Below, one piece after another: positions 9,788-19,953 of a stretch of DNA of 64,000 nucleotides. The translations under genes were made by a program, and so were the position numbers. The notes under the pieces are model-generated. The model was not told the origin of the DNA, did no database searches, and saw only the letters and a list, made by a program, of their open reading frames with translations. This DNA comes from Thermoplasmata archaeon (GTDB taxonomy: Archaea; Thermoplasmatota; Thermoplasmata; Thermoplasmatales; GCA-001856825). The first letter of the stretch is position 1, and every line of letters begins with the position of its first letter. The DNA lies in assembly GCA_021792255.1 (NCBI GenBank), contig JAJYUZ010000001.1, forward strand, positions 416,001 to 480,000, given 5' to 3'.

Positions 9788-10996
9788 ATGCCGGCGCTGT
9801 CCATACAGAACGTTCGGAAAAAGTTTGGCAATAAGGTAACTGCTCTGGACGATGTTTCTCTTGATGTCGATTCGGGGGAGTTCTTTGTTCTTCTTGGGCC
9901 GTCAGGAAGCGGGAAGACAACACTGATAAGATGTGTTGCTGGACTTGAAACGGTTGATTCTGGAAAGATAATCATCGGTGATAGGGTTGTTACTGATTTT
10001 CCCCCCGGTGAAAGAAATGTTGCGATGGTCTTTCAGAATTATGCTCTCTACCCATTCCTTTCTGTTTATGATAATCTCTCTTTCCCCCTCCGAGCACGGG
10101 GACGACTTTCAAAGCTGCTGAAGGCCCAGTCCTCAGTGGGAACAGCGCAGAGTACGAGCAAACTGAGTTCCATGCTCGGATATGGTCCTGTCAACCGCCA
10201 GACGTTGAAGAAGGATATAGACGATAGAGTCCACACCGTTGCAAAGATGCTGCAGATAAACGATCTTCTAGACAGGAAACCTGGTGAAATCTCAGGTGGA
10301 CAACGTCAGAGGGTAGCTCTTGGGAGAGCACTAATACGTGACGCAAGCGTCTATTTGATGGATGAGCCTCTGAGCAATCTTGATGCCAAACTAAGATCTT
10401 CGACGCGTGTCGAACTAAAGAATCTGCAAAAAACATTGGGGATAACAATTGTGTATGTAACTCACGATCAGATCGAAGCTATGACGATGGGTGATCGCAT
10501 CGGAGTGATAAACAAAGGCAAGCTCATTCAGATGGGCGAACCTCACGACGTTTACAATCTTCCGGAAGACCTATTCGTTGCCAGCTTCCTAGGAGATCCA
10601 CCAATCAACATTATAGAAGCAAAAGTGTCACAAGATGATGCGTCCTCAATAGAATTTGGAGGGTACAAGTTGACCATCCCCGGTAAACCCTCTTTCACAT
10701 CCTTTAGAGGAAGTAAACTGAAGATGGGAGTAAGACCAGAAGATGTCTTAATATCGGACGTAGGCGCAAGTGCAGTGGTAAGACTTGTCAGATCAATAGG
10801 GCGCACAAACTACGTGTCCATGGCACTCACTGAAACGCAGGAATCCGTCACCAAGGTGACCACTGAGGAAGTAAATCTGAAGGACGGCCAGACAGTGAAA
10901 GTGCTTCCTAACATTTCCGCTCTTGATATATTCGAAAGTGAAACGCAGAAGCTCGTCTGGTCAAGCAAGAAAAAAAGTCATTCTGCCAGGAACTAA
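9788..10996 (+). CDS. malK: MalK-type sugar ABC transporter ATPase
   Basis: GPSGSGKT, VFQNYALYP, ISGGQRQRVALGRA, MDEPLSNLDAKLR, C-terminal TOBE-like domain. Confidence 0.92.
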   Translation: MPALSIQNVRKKFGNKVTALDDVSLDVDSGEFFVLLGPSGSGKTTLIRCVAGLETVDSGKIIIGDRVVTDFPPGERNVAMVFQNYALYPFLSVYDNLSFPLRARGRLSKLLKAQSSVGTAQSTSKLSSMLGYGPVNRQTLKKDIDDRVHTVAKMLQINDLLDRKPGEISGGQRQRVALGRALIRDASVYLMDEPLSNLDAKLRSSTRVELKNLQKTLGITIVYVTHDQIEAMTMGDRIGVINKGKLIQMGEPHDVYNLPEDLFVASFLGDPPINIIEAKVSQDDASSIEFGGYKLTIPGKPSFTSFRGSKLKMGVRPEDVLISDVGASAVVRLVRSIGRTNYVSMALTETQESVTKVTTEEVNLKDGQTVKVLPNISALDIFESETQKLVWSSKKKSHSARN

Positions 10997-11022
10997 AGTC
11001 CCATAACGGTTGGCTTGAACTC

Positions 11023-11949
11023 TCACTTGTACATCGTTATTGAGAATCCTGCAATGAGATATTTCTGGAATACCAGGAATATTATGAATATTGGCAGTCC
11101 CATTATAACAGCGAAAGCAGAAAACATGCCGTAATTTATGGCGTGCGAAGATATCTGGGTCGTAGCGTACATACCCAGAGCCAGATTCCAAAGACTATTT
11201 TTTGTCACCATGATGTTGATGTAAGCATAATCGGTATACGGCCCCAAAAAGGATAGCAAGAGTGCCAATATTAGCACAGGTTTTGTCATGGGTATCAATA
11301 TTCTGAACAACGCCTGCGTCCTCGAATAACCGTCGATTTGAGCGGCTTCCTCGAAATCCTTTGGAATCGAGTCTATGTAGTTCTTGCTAAGCCAAGCAGC
11401 AAATATGACTGCACCTGCCGAGTAAGTGATTATCAGACCCCAATATGTATTCGTGAGGTGTAAGGACGAAAACATGTCGTAGTAAGGTATTATCATTATG
11501 ACGAAGGGGAATGTGGACAGAATCAGAAGCATGTAGAGTATTGCCTTCTTTCCAGGTATGTTAAAACGCGCTAGTCCAATCCCTGATGTTATCGATAGGA
11601 CCAATCCCAGTACAGTTGCCGTTCCGGCATAAATAAGGGTATTCGGGAACCAGAATCGTAAGAGGGAGTCGTTCTGGTATGCAAAGAGTGCAAAGTAATT
11701 GTCGAATGACAGCTTCGTGATAGTTGGAAGCATGGAAGTAACAGAAACTGAAGCAAGAGATGCTAATGGACTTAGAGAATTGACCACGATGTAGTATATT
11801 GGAAAGACTGCGAAAACTCCCACCAAGATTAGAACGATGTGTGTCAATACCCGCTTTGTCTTCCTAATCCTTCTGTAATAATTATTCCTGGCTTCACTAA
11901 CCGATTTCTGTTGTATTTCATTTCCGGGGGTATTTTCGTTATTTATCAT
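11023..11949 (-). CDS. malG: Maltose/maltodextrin ABC permease (MalG-like)
   Basis: EAA loop IPKDFEEAAQIDG; 6 TM. Confidence 0.85.
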   Translation of the reverse strand: MINNENTPGNEIQQKSVSEARNNYYRRIRKTKRVLTHIVLILVGVFAVFPIYYIVVNSLSPLASLASVSVTSMLPTITKLSFDNYFALFAYQNDSLLRFWFPNTLIYAGTATVLGLVLSITSGIGLARFNIPGKKAILYMLLILSTFPFVIMIIPYYDMFSSLHLTNTYWGLIITYSAGAVIFAAWLSKNYIDSIPKDFEEAAQIDGYSRTQALFRILIPMTKPVLILALLLSFLGPYTDYAYINIMVTKNSLWNLALGMYATTQISSHAINYGMFSAFAVIMGLPIFIIFLVFQKYLIAGFSITMYK

Positions 11950-11957
11950 ATTTCACC

Positions 11958-12872
11958 TCAGTAGAGCACGCTCATCATCTTCGTGTACTTGTTAATGACA
12001 ATGACAAACACGAGTAGAAAGAGAACGCTTACAATTGCATACGCGGATGCTACTCCAAACTGCAGCAGGGATTGCTGTTCGTAGTACGTGTAAGTCACCA
12101 ATATGTAAGTTGATGTTCCTGGCCCTCCATTAGTAAGTAGATATGGAATGTAGAAGTTGTTCCAAGTAAAAATGAAACCAAACACCGTTATGAACGCGAT
12201 CTGCCTCTTCAAAAGGGGGAGAGTTATTCTCCCGAGCACACCAAACGTTCCATATCCATCCATTCTTGCGGCATCGTAAAGCTCATTCGGAACGCTCTGG
12301 AGGGAGGCAGTGTAGACGATCGTGTAGTAAGGAAAGGACAGCCAGAGATTCACCATTATCATGGAAAACATGGCAAGTGCTGGAGAACCAAGCCAGAATA
12401 TCTTGTGTATGCCAAAGAGAGCGAGGAATTTGTTCACGAATCCCAATTGGTAATCCAGTAGTCCCCTCCACACGAGAATCGTTATGAATGCTGGATAGGC
12501 CCAGGGAACCAGATACGCTGTCCGGTAAATTTTGCGGCCCCTAAGGCCCGGTTGATTCATCAGTAGCGCGAGAATGAATCCCATAGACGCCATGAGCACT
12601 ATGCTCCCACCACTCCAGACAGCCGTCTGTCCGAGTATCTTTAGGAGCGTCCCCGAGGATATAATGACGACATAATTACGCAAACCAACTATCTGATAAT
12701 AAAAGAGGTGCGCGATGCTCCGATTTGTAAGTGAAGAGAAAATACCAATACCTAAAGGATAGAAGTCTAGAAACCAGAGAACGGCAAGCACAGGTAGAAT
12801 GTAAATTATTCCTTTCCACTCGTATCTCTTTTTAATCGAGTTCGAATTTCCTGCCGACCTAAACATACTCAT
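11958..12872 (-). CDS. malF: Maltose/maltodextrin ABC permease (MalF-like)
   Basis: VPWAYPAF, ELYDAARMDG, LTNGGP. Confidence 0.85.
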   Translation of the reverse strand: MSMFRSAGNSNSIKKRYEWKGIIYILPVLAVLWFLDFYPLGIGIFSSLTNRSIAHLFYYQIVGLRNYVVIISSGTLLKILGQTAVWSGGSIVLMASMGFILALLMNQPGLRGRKIYRTAYLVPWAYPAFITILVWRGLLDYQLGFVNKFLALFGIHKIFWLGSPALAMFSMIMVNLWLSFPYYTIVYTASLQSVPNELYDAARMDGYGTFGVLGRITLPLLKRQIAFITVFGFIFTWNNFYIPYLLTNGGPGTSTYILVTYTYYEQQSLLQFGVASAYAIVSVLFLLVFVIVINKYTKMMSVLY

Positions 12873-12875
12873 CCT

Positions 12876-12912
12876 CAGAATAAAAAATAAATTAAGAAAA
12901 AATAAGGAATTT
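12876..12912 (-). terminator. Oligo-T tract between malE and malF (partial terminator)
   Basis: A-rich run on the + strand gives T-tracts on the transcript about 30 nt after the malE stop. Confidence 0.45.
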
Positions 12913-12941
12913 ACTCTGGCAACATAGAGTGATTCACTTAT

Positions 12942-14351
12942 CTATATTCTGTTGGTCACTCCAGCTTGTAATATAAGGGTAAAGACTTGCGCTGTTGAAT
13001 TCTCTAGAACCATCGTTAGAGGCACTCCATTAGTTTGCAAGCCAGAAATTATTGCTGCTTCAATCTGATTCATCGTGGAAGCTGGTGTTATTGCAGAGTT
13101 GCCCGTAGCATTCTGTTCAAGATTTGATGCGCCCTGCCCAAAGGGAGTCCAGTAATATGCCATCTGCGGGATGTTGGGGAATTTCTGTGTGTGACTCTCC
13201 TGCGCCACCCATCCAGCTACCAGTGGATCCGATCCGGGGTTTGCACTGATGTAAGTTCCCACTGACTTAAGAGCTGGTAGGTCGCCCGCTTGGGTATAAA
13301 GATTTAGCTGAGCAGTGTAGTTCGTCATTTCTTCAACAAATTGGACAGAAGCCCATATCTGAGCTGCGGTTGCCCCACTTGCCTTGTTGTTCGCTACTAG
13401 GTATCCGATTGATCCCCAGAGAGGTTGTGGCCAAAATCCAGTCGCATTGTTGAACGGCATCGGAGCTACTCCTAGGTTATTGCCAAGCGCTTTCAGGTAA
13501 GTAGATTGATCCCAAGGCCCGTCAAACATGAATGCGGAGTGGTTAGACTCAAAGTATGCCTGCTCATCGCTCATTCCGCTCAGTCCCGGCTGGTCTATAT
13601 GATACTTAACTGTCCAGTTCCAGACATAGCTCATCGCGGCTACGTCCGGAGTGCTGTTCAGCATTGGGTAGCCCGTAGAATTAAATATCTCGCCTCCAAA
13701 TGCAGGATACCAAGCTGCGAATCTGTATCCTGAAGTTGCTCCTATGTCATATGGTAATCCAAGATATGATGAACCCATGTTCGTCACGTTGACCGCGTCC
13801 TGAACCATCTGATACAGAGTGGACGGTGGTTGCCCATTGGGTAGCAAAGCCTTGTTGTAATACATTGCAATTCCATTTGTATTTACTGGCAGACCATAGA
13901 TTGCTCCATTAAGTGTCCAATCGCTTATAGTACCTGAGGTGTAGTTGGAAAACACGCTTGAAGGCAAATACTGACTTAGATTTACCAGGAGACCTCCACT
14001 GTAGAGGCTCCCACCATTATCGCTTGAATCCCTGTAGACATTAGGTGCCGTACCAGAAGTAGCATCGGTAACAAAATTTGTTGACCCGACTGAAACCCCA
14101 TAAGTTATATCGACGGTAACATTAGAATGTGCTGCTTCGAAAAGTGCCAAAGACTGATTGAATGCTGCTGATTCACCACCAGATGCACTTGTATCCCAGA
14201 TTGTAATAGTCACCTTTGCAGCGGGTGGTGTGCTTTTGTGAGGCAGTGAAACCGCAACAGCGACGGCAGCAATTATCACCACAACAACTATTGCCACAAT
14301 TAAAACGTTCCTCCGGCTTTTGGGAGGACTACCACTATCAGTAGTACTCAT
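12942..14351 (-). CDS. malE: Sugar (maltodextrin) ABC substrate-binding protein, N-terminally membrane anchored
   Basis: N-terminal TM, YGLPVN..MYYNKALL, FDGPW, PNIPQMAYYW; many NxS/T sequons. Confidence 0.85.
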   Translation of the reverse strand: MSTTDSGSPPKSRRNVLIVAIVVVVIIAAVAVAVSLPHKSTPPAAKVTITIWDTSASGGESAAFNQSLALFEAAHSNVTVDITYGVSVGSTNFVTDATSGTAPNVYRDSSDNGGSLYSGGLLVNLSQYLPSSVFSNYTSGTISDWTLNGAIYGLPVNTNGIAMYYNKALLPNGQPPSTLYQMVQDAVNVTNMGSSYLGLPYDIGATSGYRFAAWYPAFGGEIFNSTGYPMLNSTPDVAAMSYVWNWTVKYHIDQPGLSGMSDEQAYFESNHSAFMFDGPWDQSTYLKALGNNLGVAPMPFNNATGFWPQPLWGSIGYLVANNKASGATAAQIWASVQFVEEMTNYTAQLNLYTQAGDLPALKSVGTYISANPGSDPLVAGWVAQESHTQKFPNIPQMAYYWTPFGQGASNLEQNATGNSAITPASTMNQIEAAIISGLQTNGVPLTMVLENSTAQVFTLILQAGVTNRI

Positions 14352-14439
14352 AGGATAATATATGAAACTCCTTACCTTAAATGTTTGCTTTGGGCTACTG
14401 GACCAAACTAATATAGCCCAACGGGGTTCATTACATTAC

Positions 14440-16314
14440 ATGCCACAAATTGTGAGCTCTGATGGATTCTTTAGTAAAGTTAGATTCCAAATGAGCAAAT
14501 TTGATGGAATCAAAACTGCATATCTATCCGGTGACTTAAACTGCTGGGGAGAGGGAAGCATTGTTCTCAGTGGCGAGGATTCGTTGTCGGTAGATGTAAC
14601 TCTCCCACCTGGACATTATAATTACACAATACTCATCAACCAGTACCAACGTTATCTAGAAAGTGGTAGACCGAGCAAAAAAAGATCGAGCATAGAGTTA
14701 GGTCTAGGGAAGGTGTATCATAACCCTGATCTGTCACAATTCTCCTGCATCTCTCAGGGGCTGATGGAACTGAGAGTAGCCGTTCCAAAAGCGACCAAGA
14801 AGATCGAACTTTTGTGTAAGGGAAACACGATCAAAGAAAAGAGGGTGAAACTTGACAAATATGATCTGGGAGTTTTCTTTGTTAACAATCCAGGTGATTA
14901 CGCTTTTGTGGTAGACGACAAAAGATACCCGGCACAAGGGAATTTTTCCCCGAAGAATGAAACTCGAAAATTGTACGATTCCAGTGGAATAATTTATCAC
15001 ATCTTTCCGGACAGATTCAATAGATCGGAACAGAGCGATGGCAGAGTGTTCGAGAAATGGGGGGCGGCACCCAAGTACAACAATTTCTTTGGCGGGAACA
15101 TTAAGGGCATAACCGAGAAACTGGGATACCTGCAGTCTATAGGAGCCGAGTTTCTTTACATAAATCCAATTTTCAAGGCCAATTCTAATCACAGATACGA
15201 TGTCTCAGATTACTATGAAGTAGACCCTATTTTGGGGGATATGCAATCATTAAAGGAATTGGTTCAAGAGGCCCACAGGAAAGGTATGAAGATAATTCTT
15301 GATATGGTCTTTAACCACTCATCCACAACATTCGCGCCTTTTCTAGATGTCATTAAAAATGGAACAAATTCGAAGTTCTTCGATTGGTACTTGTTCCACT
15401 CAAACGACTTTAGAGTTTACAGAGGGAGATACAAACCCACCGATAAAAATAATGAACCTTCTTACGAGACATTTATGGGTCATGGCCTCTTGCCGAAGCT
15501 GAATCATTTGAACAAGGAAGTCAGGAACTATTTTAGAGGAGTGATCCGGTACTATGCAGAAGAGATTCGAGTTGATGGATTTAGATTCGATGTTGCCCAT
15601 TCCATGTTCCTCGATTTCTTCCGAGAGCTGAATGAAGATTTTGATCGGAGGAAGGAAAGGAAGATTACGATAGGAGAAGCTTGGTGCCTGTCTCCACTAT
15701 TCTTTAGAGAGAAATATTGGAACAGCGTGACCAACTATTACCTCAGAGACGCAATAATATCCTACGTAAACGGTTCAATAGATATTTCTGAATTCGATAC
15801 AAGGCTTGAAAAATATATTATCACCACTGGAAGGACGGAAATAGAGGGAGTGATGAACATTCTCGATTCTCACGACACGATAAGGATATTAAACAAATTC
15901 AAAGGGAGTTTGAACAGAGTAAAACTAGCATTCGCAATACTCTATTTGCTAAATGGATTGCCTACTATATATTATGGCGACGAAGTCGGCCTCCATGGAG
16001 GGAGAGATCCGGACGATAGAAGATGTTTTCCGTGGGAAAAAATAGACAGTGAACTGCTTGTCTTTTTCAAAAATCTGGCCGATTTTAGAATGAGGCACGA
16101 CATTGGATATGGGGGGGCTATTTCTTGTCTCTCGAATTCATCGTGGGACGCCCTCATTCGCTATAGAAAGAAGGATCAGATCAGACTCTACGTGCCAAAG
16201 AAACTGACTAAACTCCCTGAAAATACAAAGGATTCGCTTGTCGTCAAGCGATATAACACAGCTAGTAACTACGTGAGCGCGGGTGACTTTTTCTTTACAA
16301 TAACTTCTCGCTGA
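14440..16314 (+). CDS. GH13 cyclomaltodextrinase/neopullulanase-like enzyme, cytoplasmic
   Basis: IYHIFPDRF, NHRYD, DMVFNH, GFRFDVAH, IGEAW, LDSHD; N-terminal CBM48-like region. Probable start 14440; ORF track starts at 14362. Confidence 0.9.
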   Translation: MPQIVSSDGFFSKVRFQMSKFDGIKTAYLSGDLNCWGEGSIVLSGEDSLSVDVTLPPGHYNYTILINQYQRYLESGRPSKKRSSIELGLGKVYHNPDLSQFSCISQGLMELRVAVPKATKKIELLCKGNTIKEKRVKLDKYDLGVFFVNNPGDYAFVVDDKRYPAQGNFSPKNETRKLYDSSGIIYHIFPDRFNRSEQSDGRVFEKWGAAPKYNNFFGGNIKGITEKLGYLQSIGAEFLYINPIFKANSNHRYDVSDYYEVDPILGDMQSLKELVQEAHRKGMKIILDMVFNHSSTTFAPFLDVIKNGTNSKFFDWYLFHSNDFRVYRGRYKPTDKNNEPSYETFMGHGLLPKLNHLNKEVRNYFRGVIRYYAEEIRVDGFRFDVAHSMFLDFFRELNEDFDRRKERKITIGEAWCLSPLFFREKYWNSVTNYYLRDAIISYVNGSIDISEFDTRLEKYIITTGRTEIEGVMNILDSHDTIRILNKFKGSLNRVKLAFAILYLLNGLPTIYYGDEVGLHGGRDPDDRRCFPWEKIDSELLVFFKNLADFRMRHDIGYGGAISCLSNSSWDALIRYRKKDQIRLYVPKKLTKLPENTKDSLVVKRYNTASNYVSAGDFFFTITSR

Positions 16315-16357
16315 GAAATTTCAGTATTATTTCTCTGAAGACTGATATTGCTGAGCT

Positions 16358-17044
16358 TTATTCCTTGAGTTTAAACCTGCCGATTTTTTCCATGATCTCA
16401 AGCAATTCCTTAGAGTACGGAGATGAATCGAATAGATCCGTTTCTGTCACTCGAGAGTAATGACCATTTGCGTGGATGATCCTTCCTTTCCCCTGGTGGA
16501 AAGCAACGTGACCCTCGAAAAATACCAAATCCCCAGGAAGTGCGGACTCGAAGTCTGGTACAGTTTCTGATGCCTTACTTTGCTGATCAGAATTTCTGGG
16601 AATCTCCGTCCCAGAAAAACGAAAGAGTCTTTGAGTATATCCGGAACAGTCAAATCCGAAATCGGATGTCCCTCCCCAAAGGTAAGGGATACCGACGAAC
16701 CTCCTTGTCAAATTGACTGGGATGAAGGTTTCCTCGATCGGGCGGAGATATCTCTTAGGTAACTTGAAAACGCTGACGTCACGCTTGCTCACATACGATC
16801 CAAAGGGAAAAGACAACTTTTCACTTCGAACTTGATGTGACAATTTATAGTGTCTTTCACTCCATTCTCCTAAGAGAGCAGTTTTCACGTATCCTATCAC
16901 TCCATCTACGCTCTTCACCTTAGAAAAAGTTCCCAAGTTCTCTAGTAATTCGACAGACTCTCCGAAGATTACCTGTGAATCTCTTTCAGATTCCGTGGAA
17001 GGTTTAGTCCAGATATCTGCAACACTGGTAACGATCATCTGCAT
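16358..17044 (-). CDS. ykfC: SH3b + NlpC/P60 gamma-D-glutamyl-diamino acid endopeptidase (YkfC/dipeptidyl-peptidase VI-like)
   Basis: SQVIFGE (SH3b), PYLWGG..GFDCSG catalytic Cys, IPRNSDQQ, GDLVFF.GHVA, IIHA; no signal peptide. Confidence 0.88.
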   Translation of the reverse strand: MQMIVTSVADIWTKPSTESERDSQVIFGESVELLENLGTFSKVKSVDGVIGYVKTALLGEWSERHYKLSHQVRSEKLSFPFGSYVSKRDVSVFKLPKRYLRPIEETFIPVNLTRRFVGIPYLWGGTSDFGFDCSGYTQRLFRFSGTEIPRNSDQQSKASETVPDFESALPGDLVFFEGHVAFHQGKGRIIHANGHYSRVTETDLFDSSPYSKELLEIMEKIGRFKLKE

Positions 17045-17100
17045 TAGATTTCGAATGAGTGCAGTTAGAAAAATGTTTTGCCAAAATTCCTTTCTAGGCG

Positions 17101-18351
17101 TTAATTCTCGTTCAGAAGACTGGTCAATAAATTTGGAAGTTCTATTACTTCCTCGCTCTTGTTCAAGTTTGCAAAACAGATCGGACAGGCGGTAACTATC
17201 TTTTGCGCATTCACGCTCTTCAGTTGTAGAAACCGATTTTGGGACACCTTCTCTGCTATCTCTCCATAGAGCAATTCGTCCGGACCACCACAGCAGGAAG
17301 TGTTTTCACCGCTCATCTTTGGAAGTTCTAGATTCGTAAGATTTGACAGAAGTCTTGAAGGAGAATTGTTGATCTTTCCTCCTCTGGTCAGCAAGCACGG
17401 CTCGTGGAGTGTCGTCGAAGCATCAGACTTTTTGAATTTCTTAGTGTCCAGAATGTCTAAGTAGTATAGAACTTCTAAATCGAAGCCCCTTACATATTTT
17501 GGATACTTTGAAGTCAGGAGGTCGTAGGTGTGGGGATCTGCGACAATCAATCTTTCTATTCCTTTTGCCTTTAGCAGCGAATAAACTCTGTTTGCATATT
17601 CTGAGAACTCTTTCTCGTACCCAAGATCGTACAAGAATGTTCCTGGATAAGGTTCATCCTTTCCGAGATAAGAAAACGATATTCCTGAACTTTCTAGCAG
17701 GGTGACAATGTTCCTGAGTTCAGTTTCCATATATGATTTCATTTTCTTATCTAAGCTCAGCCCTGCGACTTTTATAAGCGATGGATGCTTGGAAATGAAT
17801 CCGGCGAACCGTTGGGAGAGTTTCTTTCCTAACAATTTTTTCATCCTTCCAAGCGACGTGCTATATGGCATTAACTGGAACATATTCCCGGTGTAAAATA
17901 AAGTCCTAGAGCCATCTTCAAAATGCAGATCTTGGGCCCACTTAGAGCACTTCTCTCTGACGCCCAAGGGATTCATGTACTTCATCGTCACACTTACAAT
18001 CATCTTGGCAATCTGTTGCTCGTTCTGTTCATTAAAATAATCTAGGTTCGCAATGACCGTCCTCGACAATTCACTGACTCTACCTGCATTGACTCCAGCA
18101 GGGCACACTTGGAGACACGCATTACAGCTTAGGCAACTGTAAAATGAATCAGAGAATCTCAGCTCGATTTTCCCCTTTTCAGAAATTTCCCTGAGAAGAT
18201 AATTTCCTAAATCGACCCTTCCTCTAGCTCCGTATATTGAATTAAATCCCACGGCTGGAAAAGTTGGACAAACCGACTCACAAAAACCGCAGTTTATGCA
18301 CTTACCTGCTTCATCAGATATCAGCTGAAGTATCGGATCCTCAAACGTCAA
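17101..18351 (-). CDS. GlcF-like Fe-S subunit (two 4Fe-4S plus CCG domains)
   Basis: CINCGFCESVCP, CLSCNACLQVCP, HEPC, SCCGG, ACPIC; overlaps the GlcD-like gene. Confidence 0.88.
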   Translation of the reverse strand: MTFEDPILQLISDEAGKCINCGFCESVCPTFPAVGFNSIYGARGRVDLGNYLLREISEKGKIELRFSDSFYSCLSCNACLQVCPAGVNAGRVSELSRTVIANLDYFNEQNEQQIAKMIVSVTMKYMNPLGVREKCSKWAQDLHFEDGSRTLFYTGNMFQLMPYSTSLGRMKKLLGKKLSQRFAGFISKHPSLIKVAGLSLDKKMKSYMETELRNIVTLLESSGISFSYLGKDEPYPGTFLYDLGYEKEFSEYANRVYSLLKAKGIERLIVADPHTYDLLTSKYPKYVRGFDLEVLYYLDILDTKKFKKSDASTTLHEPCLLTRGGKINNSPSRLLSNLTNLELPKMSGENTSCCGGPDELLYGEIAEKVSQNRFLQLKSVNAQKIVTACPICFANLNKSEEVIELPNLLTSLLNEN

Positions 18352-19741
18352 AGATCTTTCCCCTGTTCAGCAGATTTTTTGGATCTATGGTAGTCTTAAT
18401 GGACTTCATTAGTTCCATCGTTCCTGGTGAATTTTTGAGTCTAAATTCTTCCTTGAGCAAGTCCTTTTTTTCCATTCCGATACCGTGTTCCGCGGATACA
18501 CTTCCCGCGTGCTTTAGTGAAATCATCCCCAACTCCTTTTGGAAACGTTCTACGCTCTCCACCTTTTCCTTGCTTGAAAGATCCACAAAGATGTTTGCGT
18601 GTATATTTCCGTCCCCTATGTGACCGAAAATTGCGGCTCTGATTGCAAACGATTCCATGGATTCCTTTACTTCTTTCAGGGTAGCGGGCAGTTCTGAAGT
18701 TGGTACCACTATGTCGCTCAAAACGACACGCTCTGAAGTCGATTTCCGTTGCGAAAGTATCGAAGAGTATAGCCCTTTTCTTGCCTCGTACATTTTCTGC
18801 ATTTCACTTTCGTCAGTGGTTACCTTGACCGAAATTGGATGAAATTCTGATAGCATCGTTGCAACCTCTTTGAGTTGTCTTTCGAGAGATTCTTTTGTAG
18901 ATGCGATGTCTAATAGAAGCATATAGTTGGTTTTCTCGGGGAATTCTATCTCCTTTGTTAGCCTTATAGATTCGAGCGATATTCTGTCCATGAATTCTGC
19001 CACTTGTGGATTTATTCCCTTTCCCTTGATTGATGCAACCGCCTTTCCTGCGCTTTCTATGTCTTCAAAATAGGAGAGGACTCTTCCTACCTTTTCTGGC
19101 TTAGGCCAAATCTTTAAAATGGCCTTGGTCATAATTCCGAGAGTCCCCTCGCTTCCAATCAGTAGGGCCGTGAGATCGTACCCAGCGCTTCTCTTGAGAG
19201 TCATTCCGCCCATCTGCACGATCTCTCCATTGGGCAGTACGGCCTCTATCCCAAGCACCCAGTCCTTGGTGACCCCATACATTGCTCCCCTGAGTCCTCC
19301 AGCGTTTGTTGACAGAGACCCGCCAACAGTGCATACTCTAGAGCTCGCAGGGTCTGGTGGATAGAAATGGTCATATTTTGACAAAAACTCGTTCAAGTCG
19401 TCTAACCTGACTCCCGACTCCACGAGTGCGTATCTGTCCTCAACCTTGACTTCCAAAATCTTGTTGAACTTCGAAAGACTGATTATTACTCCGTTGCCAT
19501 TGAGAACTGATGACCCTGTCAGGGAAGAGCCACCGCCCCTTGCCGTCATCTGCACATCGTTTTCATAGCAGTACTTCATTATTTGAGACAGTTCTTGGAC
19601 GCTTTCTGGGATGACAACAGCTAGAGGGAAGTCACCTTGGTGCTCTGATGCATCTCTCGTGTAAGGAATCATTTCCTCTTTGGAAAAAAGAACGTTATTT
19701 CCTGAAATTCTCCTCAATCCTGAAGAAATATCCATTCTCAT
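18341..19741 (-). CDS. FAD-linked D-2-hydroxyacid (D-lactate/glycolate) dehydrogenase, GlcD/Dld-like
   Basis: RGGGSSLTG, PPDPASS, NAGG, GSEGTLG, GHIGDGNIH, SAEHGIG, DPKNLLNRGK. Confidence 0.9.
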   Translation of the reverse strand: MRMDISSGLRRISGNNVLFSKEEMIPYTRDASEHQGDFPLAVVIPESVQELSQIMKYCYENDVQMTARGGGSSLTGSSVLNGNGVIISLSKFNKILEVKVEDRYALVESGVRLDDLNEFLSKYDHFYPPDPASSRVCTVGGSLSTNAGGLRGAMYGVTKDWVLGIEAVLPNGEIVQMGGMTLKRSAGYDLTALLIGSEGTLGIMTKAILKIWPKPEKVGRVLSYFEDIESAGKAVASIKGKGINPQVAEFMDRISLESIRLTKEIEFPEKTNYMLLLDIASTKESLERQLKEVATMLSEFHPISVKVTTDESEMQKMYEARKGLYSSILSQRKSTSERVVLSDIVVPTSELPATLKEVKESMESFAIRAAIFGHIGDGNIHANIFVDLSSKEKVESVERFQKELGMISLKHAGSVSAEHGIGMEKKDLLKEEFRLKNSPGTMELMKSIKTTIDPKNLLNRGKIFDV

Positions 19742-19953
19742 CTGGAATTAAGATTAATTCAATAAGTTTACGATTATGAGTACCTCTGCGTTATTTATTT
19801 GACCCCATTAGATGGAAGAGGACTGAAATGGTCCACTCATCCTCGAATTTTAGAATTGTTCAGATCTGACGTCGACATGAATTTGTTCTATGGCTCCGGA
19901 GGAATCAGGTTGATCTGACCGGTGGGCTAAGTATATTATTCAGGTCATCATAT

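Noticed and set aside
9612-9923. N-terminal extension of the 472-aa TrmB ORF
   Set aside because: It overlaps malK on the opposite strand and the divergent promoter; the TrmB HTH begins at ATG 9611.
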